Positions 37,600 to 46,351 of a stretch of 64,000 nt of DNA are shown here, piece after piece. The translations under genes were made by a program, and so were the position numbers. Source of the stretch: an uncultured Ignavibacteria bacterium. GTDB taxonomy: Bacteria; Bacteroidota; Ignavibacteria; Tepidaquicellales; OLB5. The stretch is taken from positions 1,708,059 through 1,772,058 of the forward strand of contig CAWFKW010000003.1 of assembly GCA_963816535.1 (NCBI GenBank), given 5' to 3'. The notes under the pieces are model-generated. The model worked only from the letters and a program-made list of their open reading frames with translations. It searched no databases and had not been told where the DNA came from. Within the stretch, counting starts at the first letter, position 1, and each line of letters opens with the position of its first letter.

Positions 37600-37811
37600 T
37601 TAACCGATGGATTAGTTAATTCAAAACTACTTTGTTAATTCCGTAAATGCAATTCTACTGAAACGCGCATAGGTCCTTTAAAAAAAACCATGGAAATAAA
37701 TGTTGGCTGTTATGAATTTAAAAATTGCGTTACCTTTGAATTTCTGAAACCTGGAACTGCCAAATTTAAACAAACTATTTTTTGCAATAGATTCATCAAA
37801 AAGGTAAGCAC

Positions 37812-38897
37812 ATGTCGCTTGAAACATATTTTCCAGCTATGGATAATTGGGCTACAAAAAAACCGGAGGAAGTTTCAATGGATTCCGGCATTTTGGAAGA
37901 AGCTATTTCCATGGCGGAAAAAGATGCAGTTGCCGATTATCCGCCCGGGGTTGATATCTATGAGTACAAAGCCGAAGAACTTCGGAATTTTACCAAGGGG
38001 CTTGATGACGGGAAAATAATAGGGCCTTTAATAAGAAAGGGGACCGTGAACGGGCTGGTTATTCGGCATGGGTATATAGTAGCGGAATTCGGAGATACTT
38101 CCCAAACTGACGAATTAGCAAGCGCTTCAAAGAGTTTTATTGCCACGATTGCCGGCTTAGCAAAAGAGGACGGTCTAATCGGAGATTTCAGCGATCCGGT
38201 AAAAGATTATATCAGCGACTGGAAATTTGAATCAGAACATAATTCTAAAATTACATGGCGCCAGCTATTACAGCAAACAAGTGAGTGGGAAGGAACACTT
38301 TGGGGAAAATCAGATGAGACTTGTCGGGCGAAAGGCAGAGAGCTACAGGAACCGGGGAGCATATGGGAATATAACGATGTGAGGGTCAACTGCCTTGCCC
38401 TGTGCCTGATGCAACTGTATAAACAGACTCTGCCTCAAATCTTACATGAGAGAATAATGAATCCAATCGGCGCATCTGACGCCTGGCAATGGCACGGGTA
38501 TGATAATTCAGATATAGAGATTGATGGAAGGATATTAAAGTCCGTTACCGGCGGAGCGCATTGGGGAGGGGGCATCTGGATGAATTCTCGGGATTTTGCG
38601 CGCTATGGTTACTTACATTTAAGGCGGGGAAACTGGAACGGAAACCAATTATTCAGGCAAGACTTTATAGATGAAATTATTTCCCCATGCAAAGCCCTTG
38701 AAAACCCCATTTACGGTTACCTATGGTGGATTCAGCCCGATAAAGAAGGCAGCATGCTTTCATATGGAGCCGAAGGCGGGGGCTATCATATATGCAGAGT
38801 TTTCCCTAAATATGATCTAGTGACCGTAGTTCGCTGGACCGGATGGGATGGATTTTGGAATTTTAATAAAAGGGTTGTTGAATCAATAATTAAGTAA
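37812..38897 (+). CDS. Serine hydrolase, beta-lactamase/class C-like family
   Basis: SASK (SxxK), WEYND (YxN-like), ITWRQLL, DFARYG, YGYLWW. Confidence 0.88.
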   Translation: MSLETYFPAMDNWATKKPEEVSMDSGILEEAISMAEKDAVADYPPGVDIYEYKAEELRNFTKGLDDGKIIGPLIRKGTVNGLVIRHGYIVAEFGDTSQTDELASASKSFIATIAGLAKEDGLIGDFSDPVKDYISDWKFESEHNSKITWRQLLQQTSEWEGTLWGKSDETCRAKGRELQEPGSIWEYNDVRVNCLALCLMQLYKQTLPQILHERIMNPIGASDAWQWHGYDNSDIEIDGRILKSVTGGAHWGGGIWMNSRDFARYGYLHLRRGNWNGNQLFRQDFIDEIISPCKALENPIYGYLWWIQPDKEGSMLSYGAEGGGYHICRVFPKYDLVTVVRWTGWDGFWNFNKRVVESIIK

Positions 38898-38930
38898 CTT
38901 CGATCGTTCGGCGTTTCCATAGATATTAAT

Positions 38931-39083
38931 ATAGAATGGTGAGTCGGTTGGGTCGAAAAGGAAGGGGCCGCTTATTTTTTCGCGATAAACATTGAAAAAG
39001 ATGGAGACGCTGACGATTTGTTCCCGGCTGCGAGAAAGGAAATTACAAAAAAAGTTTTAACCGGCCTGGGAATTTTACCATGA
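38931..39083 (+). pseudogene. C-terminal remnant of a class D (OXA-like) beta-lactamase
   Basis: Translates IEW*VGWVEKEGAAYFFAINIEKDGDADDLFPAARKEITKKVLTGLGILP*. In-frame TGA at 38940, no start codon. Confidence 0.7.
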
Positions 39084-39090
39084 TAAAAAT

Positions 39091-39999
39091 ATGAGTAAAA
39101 CAGTTTTGATAACCGGCGCTACAGGGTTTATCGGCAGGCACATTACACGCGCCCTTGCCGATAGGGGAGATGAGTTCATTGCGCTCACCACAAATACCGA
39201 AAAGGCGGCCAAACTTTTTCCCGGGGCAAAGCAAATTGCAGGCTTTGATGATATCCTTTCTCTCCGTTACGAAAAAATCGACGCAGTAATAAATCTCGCG
39301 GGGCGCAATCTGGCCGACCACAGGTGGAATGAATATTTCAAAAGAGAGATATATGATTCAAGAATTAATGTTACAAAAAAAATTACGGGATTAATTTCAG
39401 CGATGGAACGTAAGCCGGAAGTTTTGATCAGCGCTTCCGGGACGGATTATTACGGCGACACAGGCTCAAAAGACATCTACGAAGATTCGCCGCATGCCAG
39501 CGACTTTATGGGAAGGCTTTGCAAAGACTGGGAATCGGCGGCCCTTGGCGCCCGTGAATACGGGGTGCGCGTTGCGGTTTTAAGAACTTCGTTTGTTATC
39601 GGAAGAGACTCGACGGCTGTGAGAAAACTCGTACTGCCTTTCAGGTTTTTTGTAGGCGGGCCCATAGGCAGCGGCAAACAATATATGTCGTGGATACATA
39701 TTGACGACGTTGTTGGAATATATCTGCTTACGCTCGATGACGCAAAAGTGAGCGGACCGGTTAACGCTACATCGCCCGGACCAGAGACAATGAAAAATTT
39801 CTGCAGGATCATGGCGAAGCAAATACACAGGCCGTCTTTTTTTCCCATTCCTGCGTTTGCCGTGAATATTGCAGCCGGCCAAATGGCGCAGGTTGTGCTT
39901 TCCGGCAGAAAGGCGCTACCGCAGAAAATTATGGAATTGGGCTATAAATTCAAATTTGAGCATGCAAATGATGCGTGGAAAGAGGCGCTTGGGAAATAA
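39091..39999 (+). CDS. TIGR01777/YfcH-family NAD-dependent epimerase-like oxidoreductase
   Basis: ITGATGFIG, VINLAG, SRINVT, GGPIGSGKQYMSWIHIDD. Confidence 0.93.
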   Translation: MSKTVLITGATGFIGRHITRALADRGDEFIALTTNTEKAAKLFPGAKQIAGFDDILSLRYEKIDAVINLAGRNLADHRWNEYFKREIYDSRINVTKKITGLISAMERKPEVLISASGTDYYGDTGSKDIYEDSPHASDFMGRLCKDWESAALGAREYGVRVAVLRTSFVIGRDSTAVRKLVLPFRFFVGGPIGSGKQYMSWIHIDDVVGIYLLTLDDAKVSGPVNATSPGPETMKNFCRIMAKQIHRPSFFPIPAFAVNIAAGQMAQVVLSGRKALPQKIMELGYKFKFEHANDAWKEALGK

Positions 40000-40090
40000 C
40001 GGCCAATTTCTAATTACGAATCATAGATATTTAGGATTTGATTGCGCAACAATTCCATTATTACTTATTAATATTGTTCATTAGTCATTC

Positions 40091-42760
40091 TTAATAATCG
40101 CCATTATCAGGTCCATAATCATTATTGTCGTCGTTATTATCGTCATTGTTGTCGCCCTTCTTCTTCCTGTTAGGCAGTTTTTTATATTTTATGTTGCCGA
40201 TCTTCAGAGTAAGCGTAAGGAACGCTATGCGCGAATCTCTTTTCCGGTAATTGGTTTGCGTGAATCCGTTGCCGGAGGTAAATATTGAAAATTTCTGCGA
40301 ATTAAACAGGTCGCTTACCCTGAATGCAATACTTGCTCTGCCCTTAAGGAAGTCTTTTTTTAATCCAAGGTCTGAAGTCTGAACCGGCTGGCTGCTTCCC
40401 TGCGCAGTTACATATTCCCCCTGGTAATTATACCTGAACTGCATGTTTATCCCCGCCCATAGTTTTATGGTTGCCGAGAGCTTGCCGTTCCATGAATAGT
40501 TCGTATTGTTAACTTCGCCGACGCTCAGCGTTCCGTTAAGAACGGAACGGAAATAGCTTGCGCTTCCGTTAATGCTGAGCCAGGGAGTTATGTCAGATAG
40601 CGCTATCAGTTCGACTCCGTATGATTTTGAAGACGCCAGGTTTTCGAAAGTGGTAACTGTCACGCCGCTATCGGTCAGCATCCGGGAGCGGACAATATCA
40701 TCATGAACCTGTTTATAGAACACGGTTCCTTCAATCGTTGTTGAGCCGATATATCTCAGGTAGTTGAATTCATACAGGTCGGCGTATTCCGGCTTTAAGT
40801 TCGGGTTGCCCACGCTTATATTCAGCGGGTCTGACTCATTTACAAACGGGTTCAGAAAACCCAGGCGCGGCCGGCTAATTTTTCTGCTGTAATTTAACTG
40901 GAGCTCGTCGGCAGGGTCCACCTTCTCTGCAAGATTTACGTTTGGGAAAAAATCTATATATTTATTCCTGAAAGTCTGGCCGTTTGTTATCAGGTCGCCC
41001 TCGGCTACTGTCCCTTCAGTTCTGAGTCCGAATTGATAAGCCAGACCGCCTATTTTGCTTGAAAACAGCGCGTATGCCGCGTATATCTGCTCGCTGTATT
41101 TGAAATGGTTGCTCAGGTCGGTATTATAGGCCCACATATTCAGTGTTGAATCAAAGTAATTGTTTATATAGTTGTTATCTGTTGAGCGGAAAATACTTCT
41201 TACCCCTGCCTCCAGTTTTGTGGCCGGTCCGTGTGAATGTGTGGTGTTATCGCTGTTGCCTCTATCCCTGTCGCCGCGGTCGTGGTAACCATGCCCGTCC
41301 TGGTTGCTGTTGTCGGAGTTGTTATCTCCTTTCAGCCATCCATTCTTGTTCTTATCATGTCTTCCGGAATTTCCGAATGGCTGCACATAATCAAGCTGAA
41401 CGTTGAAGTAGTTCAATAAGCTGTTTGTAGTTGTATTTTGCTGGTTAGCGAAATCACTGAACGGGGTTCCGTCAGGGTAGTACTGCTGCAGGAAAATATC
41501 CGATGCATTGTCATCTTTAGTTCTAGAATATGAAATATCGCCCGTCAGTGTCTGTTCCGGCGATTTAAACGTCCCGTTATAATCCAAAGATAAGTCCATA
41601 CCGTACCCGTTGCCCATGCCGCTGGTTCTATTAATTGAATAATCCGTTAGTGCCTGGAAGCTGTTGAGGTCGTCGTTAATGCTGTAATCGTTCCGGTTTC
41701 TTTTCCTGTAGCTGAAAGTTCCGCTCAGGCTCAGAACATTTTTTGGGTTAATGTTATAGTCCATTCCCAGTTTTGCAAAATGGCTCTGGAACCGGATAGC
41801 CGAAGTGGAGTTCTGGTCCAGAAAACTGTTGTTAAAAAGATCGTCGCGTGAGCTCGTACCGGTCATTCCGAAATTAAAGAGCCTGAAGTTATAATTCGCA
41901 TAAGCGTTGAGCACGTCGTTTTTCATGTTCAAGCCCATCGAGCCGTTATACTTATCTTTTGTTCCCGAGCCTAGCGAGAAATTTGCGCTGTGCCCGAACG
42001 CGCCTGTATTTTTTTTCAGTATTATGTTAATTATCCCGGAGCTGCTTTCGGCTTCGTATTTGGCCGATGGGTTTGTAATAAGCTCAATGCTTTGAATCAG
42101 GTTTGCCGGGATCTGCTGAAGTATGTCGGCTTCATTATCCCCATTTAAGCCCGAAGGTTTGCCATCGACAAGTATCTTAACATCTGAGCTTCCTCTTAAG
42201 CTCACATTCCCGTCTATATCAACCGAAACTGAAGGGACATTCTTGAGCACGTCTGTTGCATCGCCGCCGTTGCTGGTTACATCCTGCCCAACATGGAATA
42301 TTTTTTTATCCGGCAGTATCTCTAAGCTGCTTCTCTGGCTTGTTACGTCTATTTCTTCGGTTTGGGTTGTTGATTGCGATAGCCAGACTGTATCTAATAC
42401 CACATCAGGTTTTTTCGGAAGCACCGCTACCCTGCTGACAACCGACAAGGAATATCCAACATACTCAACCTCTAACTTATAAATTCCGTAAGGGATTTCG
42501 GTTGTGAATTTTCCCTGTTTATCCGTGCCTGCGCCTTTTACTTTCACCGAATCACGCATCTTGTAAAAGCTGAGGGCGGCGCCTTCCAGCGGAATATTAT
42601 TATCTTTATCCATTACAACGCCCGATACCGAACCGTTTCCTTCAGGAATGCTGAAATTCCGCCGGCGGTTAATATTATCCTGTGAGATCGCAGGCTGAGC
42701 GATGGCGCAAAACAATGTTAATATTAAAGATATGCGAGCATATCTTCCAAAATTGGTCAT
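40091..42760 (-). CDS. TonB-dependent receptor (carboxypeptidase-regulatory N-domain, plug, beta-barrel), paralogue 1
   Basis: DVLKNVPSVSVD, VSLRG, IELITNPSAKYEAE..SGIINIILKK, GNPNLKPEY. Confidence 0.9.
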   Translation of the reverse strand: MTNFGRYARISLILTLFCAIAQPAISQDNINRRRNFSIPEGNGSVSGVVMDKDNNIPLEGAALSFYKMRDSVKVKGAGTDKQGKFTTEIPYGIYKLEVEYVGYSLSVVSRVAVLPKKPDVVLDTVWLSQSTTQTEEIDVTSQRSSLEILPDKKIFHVGQDVTSNGGDATDVLKNVPSVSVDIDGNVSLRGSSDVKILVDGKPSGLNGDNEADILQQIPANLIQSIELITNPSAKYEAESSSGIINIILKKNTGAFGHSANFSLGSGTKDKYNGSMGLNMKNDVLNAYANYNFRLFNFGMTGTSSRDDLFNNSFLDQNSTSAIRFQSHFAKLGMDYNINPKNVLSLSGTFSYRKRNRNDYSINDDLNSFQALTDYSINRTSGMGNGYGMDLSLDYNGTFKSPEQTLTGDISYSRTKDDNASDIFLQQYYPDGTPFSDFANQQNTTTNSLLNYFNVQLDYVQPFGNSGRHDKNKNGWLKGDNNSDNSNQDGHGYHDRGDRDRGNSDNTTHSHGPATKLEAGVRSIFRSTDNNYINNYFDSTLNMWAYNTDLSNHFKYSEQIYAAYALFSSKIGGLAYQFGLRTEGTVAEGDLITNGQTFRNKYIDFFPNVNLAEKVDPADELQLNYSRKISRPRLGFLNPFVNESDPLNISVGNPNLKPEYADLYEFNYLRYIGSTTIEGTVFYKQVHDDIVRSRMLTDSGVTVTTFENLASSKSYGVELIALSDITPWLSINGSASYFRSVLNGTLSVGEVNNTNYSWNGKLSATIKLWAGINMQFRYNYQGEYVTAQGSSQPVQTSDLGLKKDFLKGRASIAFRVSDLFNSQKFSIFTSGNGFTQTNYRKRDSRIAFLTLTLKIGNIKYKKLPNRKKKGDNNDDNNDDNNDYGPDNGDY

Positions 42761-42910
42761 GTCAGTTCAAAAGATATTTTCTTCCGATGTATTTACTAAA
42801 GATAATCTTTAAGGATTCTGCTTGCTGTAAAAAAATGTTACGAATTGTATCGCGAATTAGTATTATGGAGAAATCTAAGAGGAGGGTCTAAATCGAATTC
42901 GGGTGGAACT

Positions 42911-43006
42911 GCCTGATGCGGGCGGACACGCCGCATCAGGTGCGGGGCAAGCTCAGGTCCTCCCTACAGGTACTTTTCGCAGTCCCAAGCTCCAGCTTGG
43001 GACTGC
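42911..43006. repeat. Cluster of nested REP-like palindromes
   Basis: Minus-strand GTAG-type REP (42920-42967) interrupted by ccgcatcaggtgcggggcaagct. Separate perfect hairpin gcagtcccaagc tcca gcttgggactgc (42979-43006). Confidence 0.6.
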
Positions 43007-43057
43007 ACTTAGAAGTTAGGGTTTTTATAATTTTCTCTGCGCTCGTCACAGTTTATC

Positions 43058-44029
43058 TTAAAATGGAAGATTGTTCAAATCTACGTTGCCGCCAGAGAGG
43101 ATGATGCACGTTTTTTTATTTTTAAGTTTACCTGAAATTTTCAGAGCCGCAGCAAACGAAACGGCTGCGGAGGGCTCGACGACTATCTTCATTCTTTCCC
43201 ATATCAATCGCATTGCCGCTGCTATTTCTTTTTCGGTGACGCGGATAATATCATCAACAAAATTTTGAATGATTGGGAATGTAATATCGCCCAGCGAAGT
43301 CCTGAGTCCGTCGGCAATAGTATCGGGGTTCTTTGACGGAACAATCTTTCCCGATCTAACGCTGCGGTAAGCGTCATCGGCATTCATAGGCTCTCCGGCG
43401 ATGACTTTGGTTCCGGGTGAAAAACAGCCGAAGCCCAGCGCGATTCCGCTGAGGAGTCCGCCTCCGCCAACCGGAGTGAATACGTAATCGGCATTCTTAA
43501 TTTCATTTATAAGTTCAATAGCGCATGATGCGTGCCCGTGAATCACATCAATGTTATTTGACGGATGAATAAATGCCGCTCCGCTTCGTTCCATAATTTC
43601 AGCGCATTTTTTATCCCGGTCGCCCGGTTTGTTGCCGGAATAAATTATCTCAGCGCCGTATCCGAGTACTGCATCGCGTTTTGCGGGAATCACATTTTTC
43701 GGCATTATTATACTTGCTTTTATACCGCGGCATTTTGCCGCGTATGCAAGCGCCTGCGCAAAGTTGCCCGATGAATGAGTTACAACCCCATGCCTGACGG
43801 CTTCTTTGCTGAGCGACAAGACGGCGTTCATTGCCCCGCGAATTTTAAAAGACCCGGTTTTCTGAAAGTTCTCGCATTTGAAACAAAACGACGCTCCCGA
43901 TAACTTACTTATTCCCGAAGAAGTCAAAACCGGCGTTGTATGAATATATCTCCCGATGCGCAAATTTGCCGTTTTCAGAGAGGCAGATAATTTACTATCC
44001 TTGTAAACTCCGTGTTTTCCCATGCTCAA
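43058..44029 (-). CDS. PLP-dependent serine/threonine dehydratase or serine racemase
   Basis: KCENFQKTGSFKIRGA, HSSGN, PVGGGGLLSG, TIADGL, EPSAA, ILSGGN. No ACT domain. Confidence 0.9.
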   Translation of the reverse strand: MSMGKHGVYKDSKLSASLKTANLRIGRYIHTTPVLTSSGISKLSGASFCFKCENFQKTGSFKIRGAMNAVLSLSKEAVRHGVVTHSSGNFAQALAYAAKCRGIKASIIMPKNVIPAKRDAVLGYGAEIIYSGNKPGDRDKKCAEIMERSGAAFIHPSNNIDVIHGHASCAIELINEIKNADYVFTPVGGGGLLSGIALGFGCFSPGTKVIAGEPMNADDAYRSVRSGKIVPSKNPDTIADGLRTSLGDITFPIIQNFVDDIIRVTEKEIAAAMRLIWERMKIVVEPSAAVSFAAALKISGKLKNKKTCIILSGGNVDLNNLPF

Positions 44030-44243
44030 ATATAACTAAAACTGATTGCGCTAACCATCAATATTTATTATACTTAAAAAAGCTAATTTGGTTTTAAAAT
44101 CACTATTAATTTAAGCTTCTATACCGCAAACAGGGTATTTACAAATTGTTTCATTGTATATCTGTATTTTTATGAATATAATTACCCATACCAAATCAAT
44201 CAATATTTCTTTTTTCAAACTAACAAAATTCGGAGAAAAATTT

Positions 44244-46181
44244 ATGAAAAGACTCAGACTATTTTTTTCAGCCCTTGCCATTTTTGCATTTATTGTTGGA
44301 CAAATTGCAAACGCCCAGGTGCCCGAGTTAATGTATTACAGGTTTCATAACAATACAGCTACCGGAACGCCGAACTTTGCCAGCGCTCCTGTAGGGACCA
44401 ACCCGGCGCTATTGGTCGCTTCGGATGTGTTCACTTCAGGCGGACAGTTCGATAGCTGTTTATCCGGCACAGGTTCGTTAACCGGATGCCTTAACACAGG
44501 CTGGGCAACGGCAATGCCTTCAAACTGGACGATCAGTTTCTGGCTCGGCCCGAATCAGGTTGACGCTAACCCGTCATATCTGTGGGGCGATATAAATGCA
44601 GGCACATTCCGCTGTTTCTATGGCGGCGCGGCCGGCGTAAATAATGTTCTTCTAAGGGGCGGCTCTGCCGACGTTTTGATAACTGGCGTGAATCCGACCG
44701 CTACGGTTATAACAATAGTATATAACGGCACAAACACTACAGTTTATAAGAACGGAGTATTTTTCCAGACTTTCGCAGTTACGTTTGCGCCTTCAGGCTC
44801 AGGACCATTCAAAGTCGGAGGCTATGGCACAGGCGCATCGGCTTCTATCAGCGGAAAAATGGATGAGTTCAGAATGTATAACAGAGCGTTGGGCCAGGCC
44901 GAGATTACAGCTACATGGAATACTGAATTAACCGGTGGTACATCGGTTAATGCGCCTCACCAGTGGTGTTCCAATTACCCAGCCATGACCGGCACCGGAG
45001 CAATATTCGGACATGCTGTTTGCTCTTACGGCGATACAATTTACGTTGCCGGCGGCGATCCTGCAGGAGCAGGCACAACTAATTTTTATAAATATTCCAT
45101 CAGCGGCAATGTTTGGTCGACAGGCGCTTCGCTGCCGACAGCTAAAACAGGCGGAGATCTGGTTGCCTGCGCAGGCAAGATCTATTATATTGGCGGAGGA
45201 ACTGCCATCACTGCCGGCGACGCCACCGAGTATGTTTATAATCCTGCAACAGGGCAATGGACAACAATCGCTAATATTCCTACTCCGGTTACCGGGAATG
45301 TTGCCGTTCAGGTAGGAGATGCGAACATTTATTGCTTAATGGGAGGCTGGACCTCTTATCTTACTACAATACAGGTTTATAATGTGGGGGCAAATACGTG
45401 GTCAACAGCAACAGCAATTTCCGGCGGACCGGGAAGAAGGTCGTTTGCCGCGGGAATTATGGGCAGAACAATACTTGTATCTATGGGTTATAACGGAACT
45501 TATCTGAACAGCACCGTAAAAGGCGTAATTGACGCTAGCAACCCGCTTACAATAACATGGAGCGCTGTTACAAACGTACAGTGGACCGCCAGCCGGGCAG
45601 GCGGAACAGCTATAGGCGGAAAATTCTATGTGTGCCCGGGAGATACGGGAACAGGAATTGCAAGCGGCGGTATTGGTATTTTTGACACTACTACGGGAAC
45701 ATGGACTTATGCTTATGGCGACCCGTTTGTTGCTTCGAACTACTGGGGCGCTATGACGGCAAACATAACAAACTGCAACGGGGTTCAGGGAATTAAGGTC
45801 TGGAGAGTCGGCGGACTTTTGTCAACGCAGACCACAAGGCCGCTTATTGCGTATGCAGACACATGTTTGACAGGCTGCGGATTGGTGGGTATAACAAGCC
45901 ATCATACGGACGTTCCAAACTCATACAGGTTGTCTCAAAACTATCCAAATCCGTTCAACCCGTCCACGGAAATAGAATTTGCTATTCCTAAAGCGGGATT
46001 GGTCAAGATAGTGGTTTATGATATTTTGGGACGCGAAGTGAAAACTCTTGTAAATGAAACTAAACAAGCCGGCGAGTATAAGATATACTTCAATGCATCA
46101 TCGCTTGCCAGCGGAGTTTACTTCTACAGGATCAATGCGAATGACTTTACTCAAACAAAGAAAATGCTGCTGATAAAATAA
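44244..46181 (+). CDS. T9SS type A sorting-domain protein with LamG-like and Kelch-repeat domains
   Basis: GGAG RBS, signal peptide, WTISFW/GKMDEFRMYNRAL (LamG), IYVAGG/IYYIGG Kelch repeats, LSQNYPNPFNP CTD. Confidence 0.88.
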   Translation: MKRLRLFFSALAIFAFIVGQIANAQVPELMYYRFHNNTATGTPNFASAPVGTNPALLVASDVFTSGGQFDSCLSGTGSLTGCLNTGWATAMPSNWTISFWLGPNQVDANPSYLWGDINAGTFRCFYGGAAGVNNVLLRGGSADVLITGVNPTATVITIVYNGTNTTVYKNGVFFQTFAVTFAPSGSGPFKVGGYGTGASASISGKMDEFRMYNRALGQAEITATWNTELTGGTSVNAPHQWCSNYPAMTGTGAIFGHAVCSYGDTIYVAGGDPAGAGTTNFYKYSISGNVWSTGASLPTAKTGGDLVACAGKIYYIGGGTAITAGDATEYVYNPATGQWTTIANIPTPVTGNVAVQVGDANIYCLMGGWTSYLTTIQVYNVGANTWSTATAISGGPGRRSFAAGIMGRTILVSMGYNGTYLNSTVKGVIDASNPLTITWSAVTNVQWTASRAGGTAIGGKFYVCPGDTGTGIASGGIGIFDTTTGTWTYAYGDPFVASNYWGAMTANITNCNGVQGIKVWRVGGLLSTQTTRPLIAYADTCLTGCGLVGITSHHTDVPNSYRLSQNYPNPFNPSTEIEFAIPKAGLVKIVVYDILGREVKTLVNETKQAGEYKIYFNASSLASGVYFYRINANDFTQTKKMLLIK

Positions 46182-46226
46182 TGCGGTGAAGCCAAAAGCT
46201 AAAAAAGCGTTTGGCCTGAATAATTT

Positions 46227-46263
46227 AAAAGCCCCGTCCGCTATAATAGGACGGGGCTTTTTT
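46227..46263. terminator. Bidirectional intrinsic terminator
   Basis: aaaa gccccgtcc-N9-ggacggggc tttttt between convergent genes. Confidence 0.85.
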
Positions 46264-46351
46264 TGATTACTCACTGAAGTTACGCAAAAAGACAAATTTG
46301 CATATAATTTTCATTTTTATAAGCTCCGGTTTTGGACAGAATTGATTTTAT

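Noticed and set aside
37690-38019. 109-aa ORF overlapping the serine hydrolase start
   Set aside because: Out-of-frame overlap with a well-supported gene and no recognisable motifs.
37812-38897. Serine hydrolase as a true AmpC resistance gene
   Set aside because: No signal peptide and no KTG triad. It resembles cytoplasmic esterase/amidase members of the fold.
38940-38942. In-frame TGA in the OXA-like fragment as Trp or selenocysteine recoding
   Set aside because: TGA terminates normal genes here (for example pnp and the PIN toxin), the aligned residue is Trp rather than Cys, and the fragment has no start or catalytic motifs.
42682-43104. Short + strand ORFs (42682..42891, 42916..43104)
   Set aside because: They run through promoter DNA and REP-like palindromes and have no protein-like features.
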